Source: SAR324 cluster bacterium
GTDB taxonomy: Bacteria > SAR324 > NAC60-12
Direction: 5' to 3'
Length of the DNA: 56,252 nt
NCBI GenBank assembly: GCA_028282505.1
Contig: JANQHV010000411.1
Span: 1 to 56,252 of the forward strand
The notes under the pieces: generated by a model
What the model was told of the DNA's origin: nothing
The model's database searches: none
The model's input: only the letters and a program-made list of their open reading frames with translations
Translations under genes and position numbers: made by a program
Shown here: in pieces, positions 1 through 9,065 of the stretch
How the letters are laid out: every line of letters starts with the position of its first letter
Numbering within the stretch: position 1 is the stretch's first letter

Positions 1-10
1 ATAATCTTAA

Positions 11-92
11 TCTTGTTCTTACTCTTAATCCCTAAATTCCCAAAGATTTAAGATTAAGATTAGGATTAAGAGTAAGACTGTGACAACAAGAA
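11..92. repeat. Imperfect inverted repeat (arms ~11-35 and ~60-92) built from short TTAAGA/TAATC-like units at the window edge
   Basis: Reverse complement of 60-78 (gtcttactcttaatcctaa) matches 17-35 apart from one extra base. 11-17 pairs with 86-92 across a small bulge. Confidence 0.45.
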
Positions 93-120
93 TTTGAATG
101 CTTATTTCTGATTAGCGGTA

Positions 121-290
121 CTAAGAATTTATTTGGAGAAAGATGGTTTGTCACGAAAAATCGGTCTCGTTGAGCGAATTTTTGAGAAAATTTAAGGCCA
201 ATGGTCGACCTATTTAACGAAAATTTTCTCAAAACAGACGCCAATGAGGCAGCTTTGCAGCAGAATCGGTTGTTCAAACAGGTTCTTAGG
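121..290 (-). mobile_element. Foldback/MITE-like element, family B, copy 1 (inverted relative to copy 2 at 14352-14517)
   Basis: Reverse complement aligns along its length with 14352-14517, e.g. shared gcctcattggcgtctgttttgagaaaattt and ccttaaattttct..cgctcaacgaga.cgattttt. The right end caggttcttagg is the inverse of the ttaagaacctg terminus. The element is internally a long imperfect palindrome. Confidence 0.7.
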
Positions 291-334
291 CGACCACTAC
301 AAGTGAAAGGATTTTTGGTGATGCCCTAAGCTTA

Positions 335-526
335 ACGTCATGTGCGACTTTTTTTGTCATTCCGGTGGTCCGACATGTCGGCTTGCCTGGAACGCCAGCC
401 CGGTCGCAATCTAGGAGCTTACACACGTTTTCTGGATCCGATAGCGGCCCCACCGTCTCGAGTCCGGTATGACATGCTCTGTTATAGTAATATCAATCAC
501 TTATAAGAAAAAGTTGCACACGGCGT
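335..526. mobile_element. 192-bp MITE bounded by IS982-like terminal inverted repeats
   Basis: Left end acgtcatgtgcgacttttt (335-353) and right end aaaaagttgcacacggcgt (508-526) are inverted copies of each other. Both match the terminus found directly after the IS982-like transposase stop (1099-1117). Subterminal pair gtcattccgg / ccggtatgac. The interior is GC-richer and non-coding. Confidence 0.6.
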
Positions 527-546
527 TACAGTGTATAAGTAACGAA

Positions 547-1098
547 CTAGAAAACATCAGGAACCTTGGGCAATGACAACCACGGGGCAAACTTGTTATA
601 AAGCTTGGTCACTTTCCGTACCAGGGTAATAACGTTTTCCACCCCTTTAATGGCTTTGTGATAATCAGAGTTCTCATCAGCGACTTTTTCCAGAAAACGC
701 TTCATTTTATTCATTGGTTTCTTCAATTCTTTTTTATTGTCCTCCGCACTGACCTCATCCAGACCGTCTTCGATGCGCTGCACTTCTTCTTTCAAGTTTG
801 GATCAGCATTGCCCATCAATTGACTCAAAGCAGCAAAGTCATTCTGGATAGCTGGTAAATCCACCTGAACATTCAAATCCACCTCAACGTTTTGATGAAC
901 CTCCTGTTGGCTTGCTTGTCGCATTTCCTGTTTTAGTTCAGGGGCGACAATGATCTTGGGTTGAAAAACAATTTCCGTGTGCTCTCGTTGATACTTGCTT
1001 TGTATTCTTTCTTGCCGAACTCGGCTTTCCTCAAAACCATCCAGGAGGGTTGTGATATGAACTTCCTCAATATTTTTTTCACAAGTAATGGTTTCTTT
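547..1098 (-). pseudogene. 3' fragment of an unknown gene, N-terminally truncated by the IS982-like insertion
   Basis: The reading frame of ORF 547-924 stays open upstream, with no start codon, right up to the IS terminus at 1099. The acidic/lysine-rich helical C-terminus has no motif I recognise. Confidence 0.5.
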
Positions 1099-1830
1099 AC
1101 GCCGTGTGCAACTTTTTAGGCCTGAACCAATCCGTCAAATTGGAGAGGTTCTCTGCTCAATTGCTTATTAACAAAAGTAGTCACTGTATGGGCTAAAGTT
1201 TTTCGAGCAATTCGGCGGGTCAAATGCCATAGATCCAGAGCTTTAGTACGCTCAATGTAGAATCTCTCAGCTAGTTGACCGATAACAGTTTCGACAAGAC
1301 GTCGAGTTTTTTTCAAGAGTCTCAAGAAATTAGGATCACGATCTTCACTCATATTCTGACGCAGCGCCGTTTGAAGATCAATATTGGTTTTCAATAAATC
1401 TTCCTTGAGACTTGGACGAATAAAACCTTTATCACCGATTAAAAGTCCATGAATATTTCGTGTAATTTCGTAGAGAGAATCACGTTCGTCAACATTAGCG
1501 GCAGTCAGCGTGATTCCTGTGATGATACCATCGAAACTCATCACCATATTGCCTCGAAGTCCATAATGGATTCCATCTTTAGCCGCACATTAATCAAGGC
1601 CCCGCAGGCAAGGCCTTGATTAATAATGAGTTCCAACGGACTCGCTTCGCTCGCCGATGAACTCATTAATGTCGATAAGCAGAAACATCTAAATAATTGA
1701 CATCGACGAGCTCGCTTAAAATGGCAAACGGGCAAGGGAAATCCATCAACCATATGGATTGAATCGCTCCATGCTCTGCGCCCTTCGATAGAGCACAGAG
1801 ATTCCGGAGTGGTGCCGTACAATGATGGCC
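1099..1830 (-). mobile_element. IS982-like insertion sequence, copy 1 (5'-truncated; transposase interrupted by a 79-bp insert)
   Basis: ORF 1116-1547 plus the upstream piece read ..DGFPLPVCHFKRARRC.. and ..GITLTAANVDERD..GDKGF... This pattern fits IS982-family DDE transposases as I remember them. Terminal sequence acgccgtgtgcaacttttt lies at 1099-1117, directly after the stop. The second copy shares 66 of 67 aa over the common part. Confidence 0.6.
1590..1668. repeat. 79-bp double-hairpin miniature insertion inside IS982-like copy 1
   Basis: This segment is absent from the otherwise collinear copy at 5161-5470 (gccgcaca|atgtc.ataagcag junction). Hairpin 1 is ttaatcaaggcc (1590-1601) with ggccttgattaa (1612-1623). 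Hairpin 2 is taatgagttc (1624-1633) with gaactcatta (1659-1668). Confidence 0.7.
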
Positions 1831-1835
1831 AATAG

Positions 1836-3074
1836 TTATTGAGAAGCCCAATTCCGTTGTCCCCAATTCCCTTGTCCCCATATGAGATCAGTTACCAAAA
1901 GTTTAGAAGACCAGTTTTTTTCTCCCCAATTTCCATCACCCCACACCAAAACGTTGGAAGTTGCAATTGGATCACAGGTAATTGGATTATTATATAAACA
2001 TTCCACATCTACAGGGCTCAATTCCCCTTGAAAAATACGAACTTCATCAATCAATCCTTTAAAAGGTTGACCAGCACCATGATTATTATCACGTGCTCCA
2101 ATATTGCTAGAAGGAAGGTTGCTTTGGGTACTCTTTCCATTCAAATCATCTGCTACAATATGGGTATTGAGCGTATTGTCAATATACAGATGGATTCCAC
2201 TACTTTGTCCACTTCCATCGTAGGTTGCAACAATATGATGGAAGTCCCCTGATAACTCTGGATCGTAGGGAATCGGGATACCTTCTGTTTTTGCCTTCAC
2301 ACGCTTTCCAGGTTTATAGCGTAGGTTAAAGTAGACTTCTTGTTTTTGGAAAAACATCACCCAGCCGCTTTTCGGCTTACTAGAGGTATTTATTTTACCA
2401 ATAATGTTCCTCTTTGGCTTTTTCTCACTACGCTTGAGCCATAATGAAATGGAAAATGGCTCATGCCAATTAAAGGCAAGAGGTGATAATGACGTATTAT
2501 CATTCAAATCAACATACATATTGCCATCAAACACCAAGGCCTGTCCGCCATCGAAACCATTTACATATTGATCTACTCCATTTTGGGCAACACCATGGTT
2601 GTCATTTCCTGAAGAATCAAGCAGATTGTTATCGAACGACCATCGACCCACTTCTTTCAGGATGTTTGCATCCGTAGTGATTGTGATTTGCAGATCATTA
2701 TATGGCTTTTGTTTTTTTGCGGGATTACTCCCTTTTTTTAGACGAAACTGAACTGCTATGTTTTGGCCAATATAACTACCAAGATCAAACTCTAATTCAT
2801 TTTCTCCCGAGGAGGCAGGTTCTTCATGAATGAGCGTAAATTCGTTATTCTTTTTGGCATTTTCTGCACCTATTAGAATTTGCAGATATTCATGGTCGTA
2901 TTTCTGAAAATTATATTGCAGGTGCATGGTTGCTATTTCTGTTTCCCTCAGATCTAAAATATGAATTGATTTCCAAAACTTACTCGCATGCGCTGTTTGG
3001 GAAAAAACAAGGGACAGAAAAAGAAAACATGCCAACTTGAAACACAATAAATTTTTCTTTTGGATTAAGGACAT
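1836..3074 (-). CDS. Secreted LamG/concanavalin-A-like lectin domain protein
   Basis: ORF 1836-3134. The likely start is the internal Met (MSLIQKKNLL..FSQTAHA signal peptide). ..LVFDG..YVDL.. and ..HIVATYDG..IHLYIDN..GLIDEVRIF.. fit the LamG_3 pattern. The C-terminus carries two WGxGNWGxxNW repeats. Confidence 0.6.
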   Translation of the reverse strand: MSLIQKKNLLCFKLACFLFLSLVFSQTAHASKFWKSIHILDLRETEIATMHLQYNFQKYDHEYLQILIGAENAKKNNEFTLIHEEPASSGENELEFDLGSYIGQNIAVQFRLKKGSNPAKKQKPYNDLQITITTDANILKEVGRWSFDNNLLDSSGNDNHGVAQNGVDQYVNGFDGGQALVFDGNMYVDLNDNTSLSPLAFNWHEPFSISLWLKRSEKKPKRNIIGKINTSSKPKSGWVMFFQKQEVYFNLRYKPGKRVKAKTEGIPIPYDPELSGDFHHIVATYDGSGQSSGIHLYIDNTLNTHIVADDLNGKSTQSNLPSSNIGARDNNHGAGQPFKGLIDEVRIFQGELSPVDVECLYNNPITCDPIATSNVLVWGDGNWGEKNWSSKLLVTDLIWGQGNWGQRNWASQ

Positions 3075-3141
3075 GTCGTTGTTCCTGTTATTTAGTGAGT
3101 TAACATTAAATGACGGTGAGGAAAGAAAAAACAAGTTTCAC

Positions 3142-3765
3142 TTATTTTATTCTTATAATCCATACGACAGACATGTTCTTTGGCCGTGTTTCATCACCAT
3201 GACGAGGTTCTCCAGCCCCAGTTCCTGAGTCAGTGGGATCTCCTAAATTAGCATAACTAATATCTGACGACCAATAATATGTTTGTGCGGCCCAGTTATA
3301 TGCAGCGCCCGGATTAGCACTCCCTGCACCACCTGTTGGTAACGAATTCTGATGCTGGTGCCCGGAGTCATTATGTTTGTGACTTTGCATTTGATCTTCT
3401 TGATATTCTCCTGAAGTAGTTCCTCCCCGTAAAAATCTACCTTCTCCATTCAAATCAGGAATTGCTTGTCCATTGAAAGGACTATCTGTGTCACTAATTG
3501 TTTGCCCATTGCATTCTACCCATTGCTCAGGAAGGGTAATACTGAGATTGAGGGATTTGTGCCAAGGAATAATACTTCCTATTGGCGCAACAATGCTGTT
3601 GGATGCGTTAATTTTTGCATTCAATGCATCAAAGTTTGCATTAATTTGGTTTGCATCGGCTGGTGTTCCATTGGTGAAGGTATGAGGAAGATCTTCTGCG
3701 AAAACATAGCTTGCCAAAAAGATTGTCAAAACACTTAATATAGATTTAAGGTAAAATTGTTTCAT
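3142..3765 (-). CDS. Secreted phage-tail-collar domain protein (MdpB-like)
   Basis: Signal peptide MKQFYLKSILSVLTIFLASYVFA. GSIIPWHK..WVECNGQTISD..SPFNGQAIPDLNGEGRFLRGG matches the tail-collar domain signature (W..CdGq...LPDLrGrf.rg). Confidence 0.65.
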   Translation of the reverse strand: MKQFYLKSILSVLTIFLASYVFAEDLPHTFTNGTPADANQINANFDALNAKINASNSIVAPIGSIIPWHKSLNLSITLPEQWVECNGQTISDTDSPFNGQAIPDLNGEGRFLRGGTTSGEYQEDQMQSHKHNDSGHQHQNSLPTGGAGSANPGAAYNWAAQTYYWSSDISYANLGDPTDSGTGAGEPRHGDETRPKNMSVVWIIRIK

Positions 3766-3876
3766 GATACTCCTTGAAAAAATAGAATTAACATTAAAAT
3801 TTCAACAACAAATGAGAGATGATTTTCACTGAATGATTAAAAAAACGAATTTAAAATAACAAAAATATACCTTCTC

Positions 3877-4070
3877 GTATATGGGGACGAAGTACCCAAT
3901 TTGTCGGGGAAATGCATTTTTTTGAAAAAAATAGTAATGATGAAAATATTATTTGAATCATAAAAATTAAATTAGGGGGAAGAAAATATAAAATTTTTTA
4001 TTTTTCAACTTATTGAAATTATTGAGAAATAAAATCTCCCCGGAAAATTGGGTACTTCGTCCCCATATAC
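3877..4070. mobile_element. 194-bp MITE, family C, with 34-bp terminal inverted repeats
   Basis: gtatatggggacgaagtacccaatttgtcgggga (3877-3910) matches the reverse complement of tccccggaaaattgggtacttcgtccccatatac (4037-4070) with 2 mismatches. The interior is AT-rich and non-coding. Confidence 0.75.
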
Positions 4071-4341
4071 AAAAAAAATGTTTTTGCTATTTGGAAATAT
4101 GTTTTGTTAAGAAGCAAAGGCAATATCGACTTTTTTGTTCTTCAGATGGGTTGGCAGGAACGAAAAATACATTAGCTTTTATGCTGACAATGTCCGAATT
4201 TTTAGTAGCAACTCAGTTCATCATGATAAACGTTGTCTGGTAATGATAAAGGAAACACATGAAGCATCCCTCTCAACAGAAAATATTTCGGAGAGAATTT
4301 ATACACTTATTGGCTGTTGCTCAATGACACTCAAAATGTCT

Positions 4342-5160
4342 CTATCGCTTTTGTAGGGCATGCCACCACTGCTGAAAGACATACAATGAATAAACCAGTC
4401 TTTCACAGGGTACATTGTGATTGATGAATTGATCGAGAACCGATGTCATCACGTTCGCATTCAACAAGCCCCCCTGGCGCAATGTATTTGGATTTAATGT
4501 ATCCATGACCAGTTCTTTGAGATCTCCTCTGAGCCAGATATGCATTGGCAGATTAAATCCATGTTTTTCCCAATTGAGGATGGAAGCTGGTAGCAAATCT
4601 GTAAAACTCTCTCGTAATAACAATTTCACAATATCTCCTTGAATCTTTAATTCGTCTGGCAAAGTGAAGCTATACTCAATCAGACGATGGTCCAAAAAAG
4701 GAGCCCTGACTTCCAAAGAATTCGCCATTGACATTTTATCCACTTTCATCAGTAAGTCATCGAGGAGCCAAGTTTTGACATCATAATATTGTGCTTTAGC
4801 AAGGAGATGATTGGGAAAAACAGAACTATTTTGAGTCATTTCACGATGGTATGCAACCAACAGGTGTTCAGGAGAACATTCAGGGACTAACAATTGAGCA
4901 ATCATCGGGAATGGAATCGTCAAAGGAAATCCAGAAATGGGATCAGGCATGCCTTGCAATTCCAACGGAGGAGTATTCAAACCAAAGTATTGTTTTATTT
5001 TTTGTTTCCATGAAACAGGAGAGGTGGAAAGTGGTGGATACGGAATGTGGCGATAATAATCATAGCCTGCAAATAATTCGTCAGCACCTTCTCCAGTCAG
5101 AGCAACTTTGACAAATTTGCTGGATTCTTGACAAAGCCAATACGTGGGAATGGACGCAGC
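4342..5160 (-). pseudogene. asnB: Asparagine synthetase (glutamine-hydrolysing) C-terminal fragment, 5'-truncated at an IS982-like junction
   Basis: The open frame from ~5160 reads ..SKFVKVALTGEGADELFAGYDYY.. then ..KVDKMSMANSLEVRAPFLDHRLIEY... These are AsnB synthetase-domain motifs. The N-terminal amidotransferase half is missing, and homology stops where the IS copy begins (5161). Confidence 0.7.
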
Positions 5161-5470
5161 GCCCGTTTGCCATTTTAAGCGGGCTCGTTGATGTCAATTA
5201 TTTTCAGATGTTGCTGCTTATGGACATTGTGCGGCTAAAGATGAAACCTATTATGGACTTCGAGGCAATATGGTGATGAGTTTCGATGGTATCATTACAG
5301 GAATCACACTGACTGCCGCTAATGTTGATGAACGTGATTCTCTCTACGAAATTACACGAAATATCCATGGACTCTTAATCGGTGATAAAGGTTTTATTCG
5401 TCCAAGTCTCAAGGAAGATTTATTGAAAGCCAATATTGATCTTCAAACGGCTCTGCGTCAGAATATGAGT
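5161..5470 (+). mobile_element. IS982-like insertion sequence, copy 2 (internal fragment, truncated at both ends)
   Basis: Collinear with the reverse complement of 1380-1740 but lacking the 79-bp insert. ORF 5270-5584 shares MVMSFDGIITGITLTAANVDERD...ALRQNMS with copy 1, then diverges after 5470. Confidence 0.7.
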
Positions 5471-5599
5471 AAGGCGTTAAGTTTATTCAATAATATTACC
5501 AATACTGGACTTAAGTGGAAAATCAATAAATCAAAAGTTTTACAATGTACCCTGCTCAACGAGAGTTCTAATCGCCTGAAATGATTATTTAAAAAAATC

Positions 5600-5633
5600 T
5601 CCCCGGAAAAATAGGTACTCCTTCCCCATATAC
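5600..5633 (+). repeat. Solo family-C terminal repeat (right-end orientation) abutting the truncated IS982-like copy
   Basis: tccccggaaaaataggtactccttccccatatac closely matches 4037-4070. About 25 nt of subterminal sequence (tgaaatgattattt..aaaatc) also resembles the MITE interior. Confidence 0.65.
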
Positions 5634-5919
5634 AAAAATCTTCGATTCTGTTATGCCATGACTGAATGATTGACCTTGTTCAATATTCCGACTTGGAATC
5701 AATCAATTTCTTCTTGTCACATTCGTCATCTTGTCGGTCTTGCTCATCTTAAACCTTTTGGAATTTAGGGATTGTTTCTTTAGTTTTGAAATTCTTGTCA
5801 AAAGGGTAAGAAAACTTGAAGTTTCCGGTGAGAAACCTCGCTTGGCTTTTGGATTTATTCGTGAAAAAGTATGTATCTAGATATTTATATATATTAAAAT
5901 TATGTAATACAGGAGGATC

Positions 5920-6225
5920 ATGTTAGCAAACTGCGATGGTTTTGCATGGGATGAAAGGAATTCAATAAAGAATTGGGAAAAATATCAGGTCTCTACGGGA
6001 GAATGTGAACAGGTGTTTTTCAACAACCCTCTCGTTCTTCCCCCAACCCAGAAAAAAGATTTTGACGAGCCACGATTTGTGCTATTGTCCCAATCCGATC
6101 AAAAACGTTTGCTGACTGTTGTCTTTACGGTCAGGAAAACAAAAATCAGTGTAATTTCTGCTCGTGAGATGAGTAGAAGAGAAAGGAGAATCTATGTCAA
6201 AAAGAATTCCGAAATTCAAAGATGA
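5920..6225 (+). CDS. brnT: BrnT-family (DUF497) ribonuclease toxin
   Basis: FAWDERNSIKNWEKYQVSTGECEQVFFN..DEPRF..RLLTVVFTVRKTKISVISAREMSRRERRIY fits the BrnT pattern. RBS aggagg precedes the ATG. It overlaps the next ORF by 32 nt. Confidence 0.8.
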   Translation: MLANCDGFAWDERNSIKNWEKYQVSTGECEQVFFNNPLVLPPTQKKDFDEPRFVLLSQSDQKRLLTVVFTVRKTKISVISAREMSRRERRIYVKKNSEIQR

Positions 6226-6478
6226 AGAAGAGGAAAGAGAATTTTGGGCGGATCATGATGCTACCGATTATTTTGATATCAATCAGGCGGAGAACGTGAT
6301 GTTCCCGAAACTTAAATCTTCCACCAAAACCATTTCTATTCGAATTCCAGAAGCGATGCTCGATTCCATCAAAGTGTTGGCAAACAAAAGAGACATGCCT
6401 TACCAGTCTTTGATTAAAGTCTTGTTGCAAGAACAAATTGATATAGAATTTGAGAAGAGATCAATACAATCTAATTAA
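6194..6478 (+). CDS. brnA: BrnA-family antitoxin
   Basis: KFKDEEEEREFWADHDATDYFD...TISIRIPEAMLDSIKVLANKRDMPYQSLIKVLL is typical of BrnA antitoxins. It is paired with brnT. Confidence 0.8.
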   Translation: MSKRIPKFKDEEEEREFWADHDATDYFDINQAENVMFPKLKSSTKTISIRIPEAMLDSIKVLANKRDMPYQSLIKVLLQEQIDIEFEKRSIQSN

Positions 6479-6608
6479 CTTTGATATACAGAATGATATT
6501 TTTATGTTAAAATTGAATTTAAAATTTATTTAAACACCTGTAGTAATTAAAAATTTCCGGTATCCTGCCCATTTTTATCAAAACTATGGGAAAGAAGAGA
6601 CAGGAAAT

Positions 6609-9065
6609 ATGAAATACAACAAGCCATATCAATTTTTGAGAGCCTGGGGAAAATGGCTTTGTTTACTGATTTTGCTGGTTTTTCCCTTAAATTTCTTTCT
6701 GGCAGAAGAGCAAAAATATGAACTTTTGCTTATTTTTTTAGCAGTCGTGGGGATACTGGTTATCGGTTTTACTATTAAGATTTCCAGGACCCATCAAAAT
6801 TTGCAAACAGAAACCAAAAAAAGGGAGCATGCCAGGGAATTATTGCAAACCAGTGAAGAGCGTTTACACAGTTTTTTAGCCGCATTTCCAGACATTGTTT
6901 TTATTTTTGATGAAAAGGGCAAATACATTGATATTTGGACTTCCCAACACAATCCTCGGCATAAGCGTTTGCTTGAGATGAAAGGCAAATATATCCATGA
7001 ATTCTTTCCTGAAAAGGACGCCTCTCTCTTTTTGAATACGATCAAGCAAACTCTGGATACAGGAACCAACCAGGTCTTGGAATATCAAATCACTCTGCCT
7101 ATTGGGATACGATGGTATGAAGGCCGAACATCCTTGACCTCCCAGCGTGTTGATCAACAAAGGACGGTTGTTTGGATCGCAAGAGACATCACGGAACGTA
7201 AGAGAATAGAAGAAGTATTGGAGCATGAACGCAATCGCTTCATGAGTATTTTGGAATCCATGACAGATGGAGTGCACATCATCAATCAGGATTATATGAT
7301 TGAATATTTGAATCCTGTTATTATTAGAGATCTTGGTCCTTGGAGAGGAGAAAAATGTTATGAATATTTTCATGAACTGAAATCCCCTTGCCCCTGGTGC
7401 AGTTATCCCAAAGTTTTGTCAGGTGATACGGTTTGTGGAGAGGTGCAATACGCAAGGAGCACTAAGATATATGATTATGTGGACACCCCCTTTCAAAATA
7501 TTGATGGCAGTATTTCCAAATTAAAAATCATTCATGATATCACCCAACGTAAACAATTAGAAAAAGAGTTGCGTGTTGCCAAGGAACAGGCTGAGATTGC
7601 CAATCATGCGAAAAGTCGGTTTTTGGCAAACATGAGTCATGAAATCCGTTCTCCCCTCAATTCCATTGTGGGCTTTAGTCAAATTTTATTGAAGCGTGCT
7701 GATGCTCGTTTCTTGCCAGAGGAGGACTTGCAGTATTTAAAGAATATTGAAATCAGTAGTCAACATTTATCAGAATTGATCAATAATATTTTGAATTTGG
7801 CCAAAATTGAGTCCGGTCAGGCAAAAATCACAGAAGAGCCGATTCATTTAAAATTATTGGTGCAAGGCGTATTTCAGATTAATAAAGCACAGGCTGATAA
7901 GAAGTGTTTGCAATTCAATTATGAGTTCGATCCAGCGTTGCCTGAAATGATTTCTTCCGATCGGACCAAGCTGAACCAAATCATGATGAATTTGATCAGC
8001 AATGCCATCAAGTTCACACCTGAAGGGAAGAGTATTCGACTCAAAGCGATGCTGTATAAAACACAAGGACAATCCCATTTAGTGTTTCAGGTAATTGATG
8101 AAGGCATTGGTATTCCCCAACAACACCAAAACACAATTTTTGAGGCATTTAAACAAGCCGACAGTTCTATCAGTAAACGTTTTGGAGGTACCGGCTTGGG
8201 CTTGGCGATTACCAGAGACATGGTCAAACTGTTGGGAGGCACCATTGAGTTGGAAAGTGAGGAAGGAAAGGGTTCTACATTTTCGGTGACACTTCCTTTA
8301 ACCAAAACGATAATCAAGGCTGTAGAATCTGTTTCAGCAGAGTGGTACAATCGCAGTTTCTCACCAGATAATAAAATCCTGGTAGTTGAGGATGATCTGA
8401 TGAATCAGAAAATGATTCAGACCTTGTTTCGTGAATTGGGATTGAAAATCGATCTGGCAGAAGATGGCCAAACTGCAATTGCCAAGGTGGAGGCGTTGGA
8501 AAAGGAGCAATGCCTTCCTGATCTGATACTAATGGATATCCATATGCCTGGTATGGGCGGACTGGAAACCACTGAAAAGCTTCGTACCAATCCAGCATTT
8601 CAAAATATTCCGATTGTTGCTTTCTCAGCAGATGCCTTTGAAGAGAATCAGCAAACTGCTCTTCAAGCAGGTCTGTCTGGATATCTGACCAAACCCCTTG
8701 AGTTTAATAAATTGATTCCTGTTCTCTCTAAATTTCTTCGTCAAAATACGGAAGGAGTGGTCATTCGTTCTGCCCAACAAGGTTTACCTCCGTTATCCGA
8801 TCAACTCAGGAAACAAATACTGGAAGAATTTCAAGCACTTTCTGAAATTCCCTATTTCATGACCAGCCGACTGGATACACAAATCCAAAAAATGGTAGAA
8901 CTCTGTAAAGATTACCAATCTCCTTATTATGATCATCTGCTGCAAATCAGAGATGCCATTTTTGCCAAAAATCCGGAAAAAGCGACCGAGCTGATTCAAA
9001 ATACCTTCTCAATCGTTGAAGATTCAACCCTCACGGAGTCAGACGCATCACGCAGCGTACGCTGA
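6609..9065 (+). CDS. Membrane-anchored PAS/PAS hybrid sensor histidine kinase with a C-terminal receiver domain
   Basis: H-box SHEIRSPLNSIVGF, N-box NLISNAIKFT, G-boxes DEGIGI / GGTGLGLAI, and receiver KILVVEDD..DLILMDIHMPGMGG. Two PAS-like segments are present, the second with a Cys-rich insert (C-Y..CPWC). Confidence 0.85.
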   Translation: MKYNKPYQFLRAWGKWLCLLILLVFPLNFFLAEEQKYELLLIFLAVVGILVIGFTIKISRTHQNLQTETKKREHARELLQTSEERLHSFLAAFPDIVFIFDEKGKYIDIWTSQHNPRHKRLLEMKGKYIHEFFPEKDASLFLNTIKQTLDTGTNQVLEYQITLPIGIRWYEGRTSLTSQRVDQQRTVVWIARDITERKRIEEVLEHERNRFMSILESMTDGVHIINQDYMIEYLNPVIIRDLGPWRGEKCYEYFHELKSPCPWCSYPKVLSGDTVCGEVQYARSTKIYDYVDTPFQNIDGSISKLKIIHDITQRKQLEKELRVAKEQAEIANHAKSRFLANMSHEIRSPLNSIVGFSQILLKRADARFLPEEDLQYLKNIEISSQHLSELINNILNLAKIESGQAKITEEPIHLKLLVQGVFQINKAQADKKCLQFNYEFDPALPEMISSDRTKLNQIMMNLISNAIKFTPEGKSIRLKAMLYKTQGQSHLVFQVIDEGIGIPQQHQNTIFEAFKQADSSISKRFGGTGLGLAITRDMVKLLGGTIELESEEGKGSTFSVTLPLTKTIIKAVESVSAEWYNRSFSPDNKILVVEDDLMNQKMIQTLFRELGLKIDLAEDGQTAIAKVEALEKEQCLPDLILMDIHMPGMGGLETTEKLRTNPAFQNIPIVAFSADAFEENQQTALQAGLSGYLTKPLEFNKLIPVLSKFLRQNTEGVVIRSAQQGLPPLSDQLRKQILEEFQALSEIPYFMTSRLDTQIQKMVELCKDYQSPYYDHLLQIRDAIFAKNPEKATELIQNTFSIVEDSTLTESDASRSVR

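Noticed and set aside
32-277. 81-aa ORF on the minus strand at the window start
   Set aside because: It lies entirely within the family-B foldback element and the short-unit inverted repeat. Its sequence is a by-product of repeat DNA, and the same DNA recurs non-coding at 14352-14517.
4013-4356. ORFs of 76 and 73 aa in the AT-rich spacer between the tail-collar gene and asnB
   Set aside because: They start with non-ATG codons and begin within or next to the MITE. They have low-complexity composition and no RBS.
1099-5470. Composite transposon formed by the two inverted IS982-like copies
   Set aside because: Both copies are truncated, and copy 2 lacks both ends, so the structure cannot currently transpose as a unit. 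I treat it as decay and rearrangement debris.
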